Assembly (NCBI GenBank): GCA_946965045.2
Contig: OX337239.1
Location: 1,302,001-1,366,000, forward strand
From: Epithemia pelagica
Lineage: Eukaryota; Protista; Bacillariophyta
Length of the DNA stretch: 64,000 nt
Reading direction: 5' to 3'
Part shown: piece after piece, positions 53,757 through 64,000 of the stretch
Numbering within the stretch: position 1 is the stretch's first letter
Layout of the letters: each line of letters starts with the position of its first letter
The notes under the pieces: model-generated
Seen by the model: the letters and a program-made list of their open reading frames with translations, nothing else
Told to the model about the DNA's origin: nothing
Databases searched by the model: none
Program-made: the position numbers and the translations under genes

Positions 53757-56378
53757 TCAAAAGGGAACATTTTCATAATCTTGTGGTTTGGGAACCGTTG
53801 CCTTGGGACGACGACGATGATAGCTAGACTTTTTGGTCGTTGGAGTGAAGTCCGTGTTTTCCTGGATTGAATCGTCCTGGACTGACTCAAGTTTGGACAA
53901 GAGATCTTGAAAGGTTTGTTGAATTTGTCGAAATCCTAATTCTTGATAAAAGGCCAGAATGCGATTTGCATTGACGGGTTGCATGCGAAGGTCATTGACC
54001 GATTGCTCAAACGTTTGCGACAGTGCCTGGGCCAAGTTGTTGTCGTCTACCGTATCACTCTCAGTGCCTCCATGATTTGTCGGCAGCGTGACTTTTAATT
54101 TTTGCCAGGGAATGTGACATTTCAAGTCCACGAGATGACGGGACAAGCGTGCGTCTGCAACATGGGCTTCCAGGTTTGCTCGTCGCTTTGGTTGGGGAAT
54201 CATGTGCAAATTCTCCAACAAACCTTCGAGGGAACCAAATTCGTTCAGCAATTGTGCGGCAATCTTAGGACCAATACCAGGTACACCAGGAACATTATCC
54301 GAAGCATCGCCCGCCAAGGCCAAGAGATTTCCCAGTTGAGTGGGAGCCACGCCCCATTTTTCCTGTACCTCCTTGTGTGTCGTACGGGCCATGGTCATGG
54401 GATCCATCATGTGAATGCAACCACCGTGTTGCTGGTCTTGTTCTTGTTCGTGTGTCGTGACAAGTTGCATCAAGTCCTTATCGGCGGACAACAAATAGGT
54501 ATCCGTACCGGCTTCGTAGCACCAGGTGGCCAAGGTTGCCATGACATCGTCCGCTTCGTATCCTGGAGCTTCGATTTGGACCAATCCATAGGCTCGACAA
54601 GCTTGGCGGACCAAATCAAACTGAGGCTCCAAATCAATGGGCAACTCTGGACGATTGGCCTTGTAGTCGGGATACATTTCTCGACGAAAGGTGGGAGCGT
54701 CTTTGGAATCAAATACCATGACTATTCGGGGACATACAAAAGAAGAAGAAGGAGACGATGGATCATTGGAGTTGGCTGTTGTCCTTGCCAGAGAGGGCGA
54801 GAACAACAATCGATTCAAGGTATTGCAAACACCTAAGACGGCCCCAGTTGGCATGCCGTCGGGAGCTCTATGTAGAGCGGGCATGCCATGATAGTTACGA
54901 AAAATCAGGGCCGAGGCATCCACCAACAAGAGCGGATCTGTGGGGACCATGGTGGTGGTGGCTGATGATGATGGTGCTGTAACTGGTCCTTCGTCCCCTA
55001 GAGTCTCAGTGGCGGTTTCCTGGTCTTGTCCAGTCACTTGTGGTTTGGTAAAGAGGGACGAAACGTGACGGCCTTCTTCTACAATCTTTTCTTGCGTCTT
55101 TCGTTTGCGCAGTTGGTACTTGATGCTTCGATACTCCAGAATCAGTTCCGCCATGCGATGATGGCCTGTCGATGCCATGGCTTGTAAGGTTGCCTTGTCC
55201 GTAGGGCCTGCTTTGCCTTCGTACAAAACTTTAGCCACTTGTTGAGGCGAATTGATATTGAATTCCACGTTCTTGTGTTGTTGGAAAATATCGGCCTGGC
55301 ATTGTTCCAAGTCCTTTTCCAACTCCTCCTGTGAGCGCAAGTGTACGGGCAATTTTTCATCTGGCGTGTTGTTCTCCGACCAGGAAGACGGCTTTGGTCG
55401 TGAATTGGTACTGGGGGAAATCGCATTCAAAACGGCAGGAGACGGTTTCATTTCTTCCTTTTCGAGTTCTTCATGTTCAAACGAGGGCCCTCGTGGCTCA
55501 CCCACCATGGACGAAGTAGAGGCTCGATTGCTGGACACGTCATCTTCATAGTTAAAACCATGTGTTTCTTGGTCCACCAAGTTCCAATAGGCTAGTTCTG
55601 CTTCTTCCTCTTCTTGTGTTTGTTGTGGCGGCTGCTGCTTTTCGTGAATGGTACTTGGAGAAACCAGTTTGGTCTCATCCATCAAAATGGAGGGAGGCAA
55701 GGGTCGCTCGTTGCGTGCTTCCGTAGACAGGCCTTTGCTGTTGTTGTCACCATTTCGCTGTCGTGGTGCTACTAAATCATTCACACTGTAACACTCGTGT
55801 CGGGGTCGTTGGTTCGCCCAAACGTTTCGATACGAAAACGATCGGCCCGCATTCCTGTTGTTGTTACCACTGGACGATGTATATCTTCGTTGGGGCGAAG
55901 AAGACCACAACCGGGTTATGGAAATGTCTGCAGTCCGTGTTATTCGAGGAGAAATATCGTTTTTGCCATGAAAGATGCTTTGTCTTTGCCGTTGGATCGT
56001 CCTTGTGGCTGTCGTCGTCGTAAATGCCAACGCTCCTCTTGGTATCAGCAGTCCTCCTCCATGTTTGGTTCCTCGCATCGTTCCAGCACCAAACAAGGAA
56101 GAAAAAGAAGACGAGACCCAGAACAGCGCCGCCGTCACGGTGCCGGCCATTCGTTTTCTTTTACTGCGGTTCCTCTTCTTCTTTGGATGGATCTTTTGTA
56201 CTACTGGAGAATAATTCTTGATGAATAAAGAAGAATCCAAAAACTTTGTCCTTCGTTTTGGGGCCTTGTTCTGTGTAATGAGACCTTGCCAAAGAGCAGC
56301 AAAACAAGGATGGAGCAGCAACAACCACTGGGGAACTGCCATGGGCAGCAATGGCATTGCATCGGTATCTGTTTTCAT
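53757..56378 (-). CDS. DNA polymerase I-type 5'-3' exonuclease with an upstream PolA thumb-like segment; no polymerase catalytic domain
   Basis: LLLVDASALIFR, VFDSK, FRREMYPDYKANR, GYEADDV, SADKDLMQL, GDASDNVPGVPGIGPKIA (HhH). Upstream EFNINSPQQVAKVL..LILEYR. Confidence 0.88.
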   Translation of the reverse strand: MKTDTDAMPLLPMAVPQWLLLLHPCFAALWQGLITQNKAPKRRTKFLDSSLFIKNYSPVVQKIHPKKKRNRSKRKRMAGTVTAALFWVSSSFSSLFGAGTMRGTKHGGGLLIPRGALAFTTTTATRTIQRQRQSIFHGKNDISPRITRTADISITRLWSSSPQRRYTSSSGNNNRNAGRSFSYRNVWANQRPRHECYSVNDLVAPRQRNGDNNSKGLSTEARNERPLPPSILMDETKLVSPSTIHEKQQPPQQTQEEEEAELAYWNLVDQETHGFNYEDDVSSNRASTSSMVGEPRGPSFEHEELEKEEMKPSPAVLNAISPSTNSRPKPSSWSENNTPDEKLPVHLRSQEELEKDLEQCQADIFQQHKNVEFNINSPQQVAKVLYEGKAGPTDKATLQAMASTGHHRMAELILEYRSIKYQLRKRKTQEKIVEEGRHVSSLFTKPQVTGQDQETATETLGDEGPVTAPSSSATTTMVPTDPLLLVDASALIFRNYHGMPALHRAPDGMPTGAVLGVCNTLNRLLFSPSLARTTANSNDPSSPSSSFVCPRIVMVFDSKDAPTFRREMYPDYKANRPELPIDLEPQFDLVRQACRAYGLVQIEAPGYEADDVMATLATWCYEAGTDTYLLSADKDLMQLVTTHEQEQDQQHGGCIHMMDPMTMARTTHKEVQEKWGVAPTQLGNLLALAGDASDNVPGVPGIGPKIAAQLLNEFGSLEGLLENLHMIPQPKRRANLEAHVADARLSRHLVDLKCHIPWQKLKVTLPTNHGGTESDTVDDNNLAQALSQTFEQSVNDLRMQPVNANRILAFYQELGFRQIQQTFQDLLSKLESVQDDSIQENTDFTPTTKKSSYHRRRPKATVPKPQDYENVPF

Positions 56379-56824
56379 GCTTTGAGGGGAACTCCATTGG
56401 AATTGGAATCGGAGCGGAGTACTTTCAGGTAGTTTATGAGACTATCTGGAACTATTACGGCAATATAGGCAGAGTCTGACACTTTCTGCTCTGACTTTCC
56501 ATATTCGAGTGGTCGCGCTTACAGAGCGCGTCGCTACCCCACAGTACCGTGCAACTGGAGTATAATGTATGAGCCCCGTAATATTATGAAATGGGGGGGT
56601 GTTGCCCCAAAATGTGATATATGTATGTTCAGTCGCCAATTGGTCGACCGTGCTTTCCCTCCCATCAGACGATGACATCAGTCTCGCAAAGTCAGGATTG
56701 TGCACACAGCAAATGCAAATGTTGTGTTCACCACCACCTCCAACCTCCAACTTGGTCCATCAACAATCAATCTCAACACAAAACGAGATCCACACGAGAC
56801 AACCCAAAATTGATCATTGTGACC

Positions 56825-57385
56825 ATGGTTTCACGGCATTGTTATCAGTTGTTGCAGCTTTTGGTTTTGTTGGGACTGATCACGGCCGTGATGGCCTTTG
56901 CTCCCCAACCCATGTCGTCCACTCTCGCGAGACGAAACTCGTTGACTCGGTTTGGAGCTGCCTCCTTTGATGACGAAGAAGACGAAGCCAGTGAGGAAGC
57001 AAGTGATGAGACTCCTCGCAATCCCGATCGTCCCGAATTGCCCGAATTAAAGGGTGATTTTGATTGGGATGCCAAATTTGCCAGTGATGAAGATTGGATT
57101 GTGGACAGTGTTCCGGGCAAGATTGTCTTGAATGAATTGGAATTGGCGGAACAGGTCACGGCCTTGACCAAATTAGAAGAAACCTGGCGAAAGCAAACCT
57201 TGGTGGAAGAATACGAAGCATCGCAACAAGTGGGATTTGTAGAAGGGGCCGAATTGGCCAATGGACGATTCGCCATGTTCTTTATTGTCACTGGACTCTT
57301 GACGGAATATTGGACGGGATATTCGCTTCCACAACAAGTGGAAGAAATGTTGCGCGTTCTGGGCTTTATCGGCTTTGAGACCTAA
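56825..57385 (+). CDS. Plastid-targeted one-helix LHC-like protein (OHP2/HLIP-like)
   Basis: Signal peptide ending VMA^FAP (diatom ASAFAP motif). Chlorophyll-binding motif AELANGRFAM followed by one TM helix. Confidence 0.8.
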   Translation: MVSRHCYQLLQLLVLLGLITAVMAFAPQPMSSTLARRNSLTRFGAASFDDEEDEASEEASDETPRNPDRPELPELKGDFDWDAKFASDEDWIVDSVPGKIVLNELELAEQVTALTKLEETWRKQTLVEEYEASQQVGFVEGAELANGRFAMFFIVTGLLTEYWTGYSLPQQVEEMLRVLGFIGFET

Positions 57386-58056
57386 ACTGTTGGAAAGCAA
57401 CTGGAACGTGGTCGGGGGGTTGGGTTGGTAATGGACATGGTGTTTGTACAACAGGACTGTGCAAAAACTCCCAAATAACCAAACAGCAAAGGAGAAGCAA
57501 GATAAAGAAGTATACCATGACAAGGAAAACAAGAAACAGAACAAGCGACAATAAATTTGAAAGAAAGAAAAACAGGGAAGTCATCTGATGATACTATACA
57601 AACGGACACGGTCGTCCGGAATGGAATAAAATGCATAGGAACCCTTACAAGGTAACCCTTGTAGGAGTTACCACACTCTACATTAGATTCAATCCTCAAT
57701 TTTCCTATATCTTTATGTGCTACGGCATTCTGCTTGGGTTTGTCGGAATCGTTCGTCTTCAACAAACGGGCAATGGCCTATCGGGAGAAAAACTATTTGC
57801 TGGCTGCTGGAACAATAGATGTACTGGCAAGCAATGATAAGCAGTACCACGTTCATTCTTCGTCCTTCTACGCAAAAGAGCACGAGAAACAGTATCTTTT
57901 CTACTGGGATTCGGAAAAAATGACCAATGAGAAATGAGAAATAAAAAAATCCTTATGAACTTAAAATCAAGTGGTTCATCCCCACGCACCTCTAGAACCC
58001 CAATACAGTTTTCATCTGATATGATACAAAAAGTTTATGGAATTTCCATCTCTCCC

Positions 58057-60612
58057 TCACACTTCTTGTTCCTCTTGTTGAATAAACAAGTCGTCCATGG
58101 TATTACTGAGATCCGTAATATCTGACATGATGGACAAATGAGATTGATTGGACACGGATCGTCCCGGTGTTCGGCGCGGAGGAGACCGATGAGAGGAATG
58201 ATGATGAGCAATATGATGATGATGATGATGATGGTTGTGATGATGATAGGGATGGAGGTGATACATGCCATTGTGGTTGTTATTGTTGTTGTTGTCATTG
58301 GAGAGGCCGACCAATTCGTGCTCATCGGCATCGTCATCATCCAGTGCATCATCCAGTGGTGTCAGGTTGGAAAATACACTGTAGGACGTGGAATGCAAGG
58401 AGGTTGATCCTTGCAAGGACGTTGCACCATGTATGGAGGACATGGTCGTTTCAGCGTCCAAACTCATCAAACTCGCATCCATACCACTTCGATGACGTTC
58501 CACACCGCGTTGTGGTTGTTGATGCGACAATGATTGTTGTTGTTGTTGTTGATGATGATGATGATGATGTTGCTGTTGTTGGGGATGACTCATTCGTCCC
58601 CACGAAGTGGCCGAAAAGGTTCGTTTGGGACTCTTGCGGAACGGAGGGTGAGGCTGGTGGTAAGGAGTATACTGAGGCGACTGTAGTTTCTTCAAGCATG
58701 GAGCTGCGTCTCCCTCTCCTCCTCTCTTGATGGCTGTTTTATCCCGCTCCTGTTCCCAATCATCCTCCAAGTCCGAGTCCTCTTGTGCCATGTCGCCCTG
58801 CCCTCCTCCTTCGGGATGCCGGGCATGGCTCGTATCGTGTCGTACCCCTTCTTGTTGTCGTAGTTTTTGTCGTCTCGGACCCACTGGGGTAGGACTTTGA
58901 AGGAAATGGTCCGCATTGGAAAAGACGTCTGGAGCATAGTGACTCTTTTTGGTGTGAAAACTGTGGTCATCCTCGTCTTGTACAATCGTGTCTTCGTCGT
59001 CTTCTTCATTGTGGTCCATGCGGAGGTGGTGTTCCGCGTCGGGGGATGGTGACGGAGAGGGTTCGTACATGTGTGTGGCAATATACTCTTCCAATCGTTG
59101 TTGGTAATCCTCCAAGAGCGTATCTTTGGTGCTGCTGCTTCGTTCCAGTTCCTGTTGGGAGTGGTTCCTGTGGTGGTCTCCTCGAGTATGATTATTATCA
59201 TGATGATTACGACGAGGTGACGGGACACGTCCCAGAGAAGGAGTCGCCGCCGCCCAATGGCGTGCCGTAGAAGCGCTCGAGTAGTGGGCCCGTGGTTCGA
59301 CCGTTCCTGGTTTGGGTGGGGGAACGGGGGCTCGGTCTTGTTTGGTACTACTCGGTTTCGTTGTTGGAGTAGTAGTACCACTGCGGTTGGGTGGCATGGC
59401 AGGAGATGCACCCGTCGTCGTCCGGGTGGTGGTGGTGGTGGTTGTGGTTCGTGTTGTGGCAGGGGTGCCTGGAGGTTTGGGAGAGGGTTTGGATGGGACA
59501 ACACTATGATTTTGTGAAGGAGGAGACGACAAACTGCACTGATACAAAACCCCTTTTTCCGGGCTGTGGATTCGAGTACCAAGAGAGGTTTCCATGTCTG
59601 TTTCTTCGTGTTGTTGTTGTTCGTCGTCGTCCGACATTTGCACGGCGACCGAAGCAGGGGACACGGCAGCCACTTGGGAGGCGGAGGAAGATGACAACAA
59701 GGGACGGCGAGAAGACATGGTGGTGGTGGTAGGAGAAGCGGTACTACGGGGACCATATCGAGCATGGTGTTGTTGTTGGTGTTGATGGTGTTGCGAATCC
59801 GTGTATGGGTCATGCTCCTGTGTTGGTTTCGTTTGGTCTTGGTGAACCGACGCAGCCGTTTGGACTGACGAGGAGGAAGGAAGGGTTGGTGTTGTTGGTG
59901 TTGTCGTCGTTGTCGTTGTCGTTGTCGTTGTTGTGGATGTGGACGTGACGGGAGTGCAACTTCTCGTGGGCTGGTTCTTCGGTTCCATTGAGTGGTGATT
60001 GTCGCTGGTGCGGCGGCTGCGGCTGTTTGTGTCAAGGGCAGAGGAGGAGGAGGACGACGACATGTGTGGAACAAAGGGTGGCTGTCCATGCTGTGGTGGT
60101 GGTGACGGTGGACCTCGAGGATGGGTCGTGGTGTGCGACGAACCATGGTGTGAGGAGGGCTCATGGTACGTGTGAGAGTGAGAGGACGCATGTGGTGGTG
60201 GCGGATACCAAACGGCAGGAGGGTAATAGGGCGAATAATACGCATGAGGGGAGGGTGCGACCGGCATGGAATACGAAGGTGGGTATGGCTGGTGGTGTGG
60301 TGCATGCGGATCGGCTGGAGCTGGGTGGTGATGATGAGGAGGATGCTGATGAGGATGATGATACAACTGCGAAGGAGGAGGAGGAGGATACGAAGAGGGC
60401 GAAGTCCTGTTGCTTCCTCGATATACGGCCCCCTGTGGTCCTCCTCCAAAGTGGGGTGGATAGGAAGCATACGAATGGTGATATGCTGCGTCGGCAGTGT
60501 CCTCGAGATGTTGTCGTTCTGGCTGTTGTTCTTTGGTGTCGGTACCTCCACTTTGCGGTTCGGCTGGTTGCCATGAGTGTGGCAAACGTGATTGTCGTGC
60601 TTCGTGTGATCG

Positions 60613-60692
<80 letters not shown>

Positions 60693-61341
60693 GCTGTTGT
60701 TGTTGGGTGTGTGCCAGTCGCTCCGTTTGTTGTTCTCGTTGTTCTTGTTCCAGTTCGAGTTGTTGTTGTTGTTGCTGTTGCTGTTGTCGAATCAGCTTCA
60801 TGCCCTGTTGTGTGGTTTGATCTTGTTCGTGTCGCAATTGTTGCAAATAGGGCAGTACATCAGGTGTTCGTTCCCGCAAACATTGCGATGCCTTGGCTTG
60901 TGCCTTGGTATTACCGACATCGTACCAGAGAATTTGGCGAGTCGTTGTGGTGGTGGTTGTGGTTGTAGTTGTAGTTGTCGTCTTGTGGTTTGGAGGAGTG
61001 TGGTCGTCGTTCGATTCCTTGCGGGCCAAGAATCGTCCACCATGTTGGACCCGCCAAATGCGTACGACTTGTTTGGCCACCTTGGGTTTGTCCACCTTGG
61101 ATGCCGCCAAGTATTGTTTCTTGTGTTGTTGGACCAATTGGCGAAACTGAATGTTCCCCACGTGGTTGTTGCTCGCACCTCCTCGTCCCAACAAGACATC
61201 GGTTTCACGCAAGGTGGTAATACAATCCCATGGTTCTTCTTCTTCTTCATTGTCGTTGTTGTTGTCCTTGTCGTTGTCTTTTTGGTGGTGTTTGCCTTGT
61301 GGGTCGGTGCGACGAGACGTGTCATTGTTGAGATGCTTCAT
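58057..61341 (-). CDS. DUF6824-domain protein with polyQ and a long low-complexity tail
   Basis: DVLLGRGGASNNHVGNIQFRQLV..DKPKVAKQVV..GGRFL..WYDVGNTKAQAKASQCLRE. Single long ORF. Confidence 0.85.
60613..60705. repeat. (CAA)n microsatellite encoding 31 Gln
   Basis: Near-perfect GTT run on the + strand, with one GCT interruption. Confidence 0.95.
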
Positions 61342-62006
61342 TTTTTCGTTCGAGTTCTTCAATAAGACCAATCAATCAATCAATCAATTCGAAAGATTCG
61401 ACAGATACCCGATCGAGAGGCAACCAAGAAAGTTTGGGACACCCAAAGAGAGATTGATGATCAAGCTGCACTCTACTCTTACACCAATCAATCCTTCAGA
61501 TTCAGGACACTGGATTGCCCCACAGTTTGAACAGAAAAGATGCTTCCCCTCTCTCCCCTACGAGTAGAGCATGTTGTCTGCGAAAAAGGAACTGCAAACT
61601 GTTAAGCGCCACACGGGACACAGAGACAAGACCTACCGATGGAACTTGAAGCAAAGTTGGTTGGTTGCATTGTTTCTTAGAGAGAACGCGTTGCGATTTT
61701 CCCGTGGTCGTTCCTGTTCTGCAAAGGTTCACTTTTTATTTCTTATTGGAGTAGGATTTCGCCTCCCTAACTCTATACCTAGCTATGCAGGTAGTTCGTC
61801 TCACATTTTTATTTTACAGTAGAATTTTATTGTAGAGCCGGGAAGTAGTAATCGTGCGATTCGCGCGACATCATGGGTGAACCGTGTAAGGAAAATTATG
61901 TCGTTGCGACATCCCAACTCGTAATAAAACCGGGCGGTAGTCACTACCTACACATCTCTAGATATAAAGTAAGCAGATTACTCCCCTGTGTTTTCTCACT
62001 CCTTCC

Positions 62007-62128
62007 TCGTCGGGCGCCCGGCTTGTCGGGAGAATGACTCGACGGGCATATGTCTTGTCGGGCATGCGCCCTCCTCGAACATATGCCCTCATCGTCATTC
62101 TACCCTCCGCGCCGGGCGACCCTCCTCT
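62007..62128 (-). other. Modular nested hairpin (candidate structured RNA or DNA element)
   Basis: Four T(T/C)G(T/A)CGGG units at 16-nt period face four CCCTC(C/A)(T/G)C units at 17-nt period. The intervening variable 8-mers are complementary in nested order. Strand assignment is inference. Confidence 0.75.
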
Positions 62129-62563
62129 AAAGGACTGAAACACCGTGAAGTAGTCTTACTACCGGCCCGGCTTGCGCCGTCCCCCAATTCAAAATGTGGA
62201 TGGGGACGGGGGATGCATACTTGGTATTATTGTAGGGGGCGAATCATGGAACGTCTACCGACTCCTCTCTTTGTAAGTAAAAGGTACCGACATCCCTTTA
62301 CCGACACTTCCTCTCCTGTAGGTACAAGATCCATCACAATGACGTTTGTTCGCGTCGAATCTGTGATGTTTCTGACGCATTTACTACCATGATCCATGAT
62401 AGCAGAAAAGTTGCTCATTCGTCTCTTTTTTTGCTGGTCTGGTTTGTGCTGGTTGGTGAGTCATTCGAGATCTGTTGTGTCGATTGTCTCCCTCTCTCTC
62501 CAGAGACACACGCCACCACGTGCCTTGGAGATTGCACAAAAAATCTACATTGCACTGGAAACC

Positions 62564-63628
62564 ATGAAGGTCGTACAAGTTCGCTTCCCCACCATTGTCT
62601 TGGTGGTTGCCATTGCCTTTTGCTTGTCCTTGTCGGGTGAAGCATTTGCTCCTCCCTCTCCATCGTCGTCGTCCTCGTCGACCCTCAAGATTGCCAGTCT
62701 GTCTCGTCGCTACCACCATCATGAGTCACAACCACAGCCATTGGAAAATGACCTCCCGGAGCAGCCGTCCAATAAGAACAAGAATCACCTGGCCACCACA
62801 ACCGCCATTTGGACCACGGTGGCCACCACCCTCTGGACGACCGCACCCGGCATGGCCTGGGCCAATGACAGTCCCGATTGGGGATTGTTTGAAGGCCGCA
62901 CGGGTAGTTTGATTCATCCCGTCGTCATGGGAGGTCTCTTTTTGTATTCTGCCTATACCGCCTTTTTGGGCTTTCAATGGCGTCGTCAACGAACCATGGG
63001 CGATGAAATTACCCAAGTCAAGGCCGACTTGGCCGCCGTCACACCGGCTGCTGCCGCCGCAGAGGGAGAAGCACCTCCCGTCAAGACGGCCGCCCAAGTT
63101 GAATTGGAAACCTCTCTGGAAACCTTGCAACAAGAACGCAAAGATTTGGCGGCGGCCAAACCTCGGGACAAGCATTTTTCGCAAGGCTCTTTTTTGGCCT
63201 TTTTGGGGACCGCCATTGCCATTGAGGTACGTTTGTGTGTCGCTGGCTCGTGAATCGTTGTGGTCGCTTGTACTCCAGTGGTGGAAACTTGCTCATGGGG
63301 ATGTACTGACCGAATCAATCTCTCTTTTTTTCGGTTATTCTTTGCATGGGTCTCTCTTGTTGTTGTGCTTTACGTGTTATAGGGTTGTTTGAATACCTTT
63401 AGTCGAGCCGGAAAATTGTTTCCCGGACCTCATTTGTACGGTGGTGCCGCCTTGGTGGTCTTGTGGGGCTTGGCCGTGGCCACGGTACCCGCCATGCAAA
63501 AGGGCAATGATACGGCCCGTACGGTACACATTGCGGCCAATTTGGCCAGTTTGGCCTTTTTTGCCTGGCAAGTGTCCTCCGGGATTCCCATTATGCTCAA
63601 GGTCGTTGACTTGACCTCGTGGCCGTAA
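62564..63628 (+). CDS. DUF4079 family plastid membrane protein (exons 62564-63226, 63383-63628)
   Basis: Signal peptide GEA^FAP. LIHPVVMGGLF..LGFQWRRQR, RDKHF, GKLFPGPHLYGG, ARTVHI..FAWQV. GT-AG intron. Confidence 0.85.
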
Positions 63629-64000
63629 TGCGCAAGATCCAGACGGACCAGTACTGCACACAGCGACGATCCTCGGCTGCTGCTGCTGCTACTGCAGGAC
63701 CGTCCAACAAGCAGCTACCAACATTGGCCCTCCACACTCCAAAACGCGATCCACACCCTTGACTGCAATGGTAAATGAATCTATTCTAATTGTCAACTGT
63801 TACAGACACTCTCAGCTTTTCGTACAAACCATGTCCATGTGTCGATAGGAGCACGGTCTCCTCTGCGATTAGAATCTACTTTAGAATTGTCTAGCGAACA
63901 TACCATGCAACTTTGCTTGAGTGATTGAACCTCTAGCCGATAGTTTTACCAGCGGGTGGTACGTTCACATCCTCCCCATTGTTGATGGGTGATGCTTTTT

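Noticed and set aside
62007-62128. SECIS element, SRP (7SL) RNA or CRISPR array
   Set aside because: There is no UGAN/NGAN quartet plus apical AA in correct register, and it is not in a 3' UTR of a TGA-containing gene. No SRP helix-8 motif is present. The spacers are only 8 nt and self-complementary, with no cas genes.

Overview
Eukaryotic nuclear DNA with GT-AG introns of about 100-260 bp. It is most likely a pennate diatom (inference from signal peptide + 'A^FAP' plastid-targeting motifs, two DUF6824-type proteins, DUF4079 and an LHC-motif one-helix protein). The window has three parts. (1) 1-19.6 kb: a membrane-protein gene running off the start, several gene relics, an intact PAS-PAS adenylate cyclase, a MITE, a 6-exon ZNFX1-like helicase/NF-X1/RZ-finger gene and a second, stop-disrupted PAS-PAS cyclase. 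(2) 19.8-39.1 kb: three different mobile elements around a globin gene, namely a full-length CRE-like non-LTR retrotransposon (9-bp TSD, polyA), a four-ORF PIF/Harbinger-type DNA transposon (TIRs, CTG TSD, CGATACA arrays) and a DIRS-like tyrosine-recombinase retrotransposon. (3) 39.9-64 kb: a third, frameshifted PAS cyclase, then DUF6824 proteins, a DEAD-box helicase, an ELMO-domain protein, a PolI-type 5'-3' exonuclease, an OHP/HLIP-like protein and DUF4079. The most unusual signals are a modular nested hairpin at 62007-62128 built from repeated constant motifs and mutually complementary variable 8-mers, FixL-like haem-PAS cyclases near a globin, a possible dead cytosine-methyltransferase fold on the DIRS pol, and the four-gene Harbinger-like transposon. 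All calls come from reading the sequence; no searches were run.
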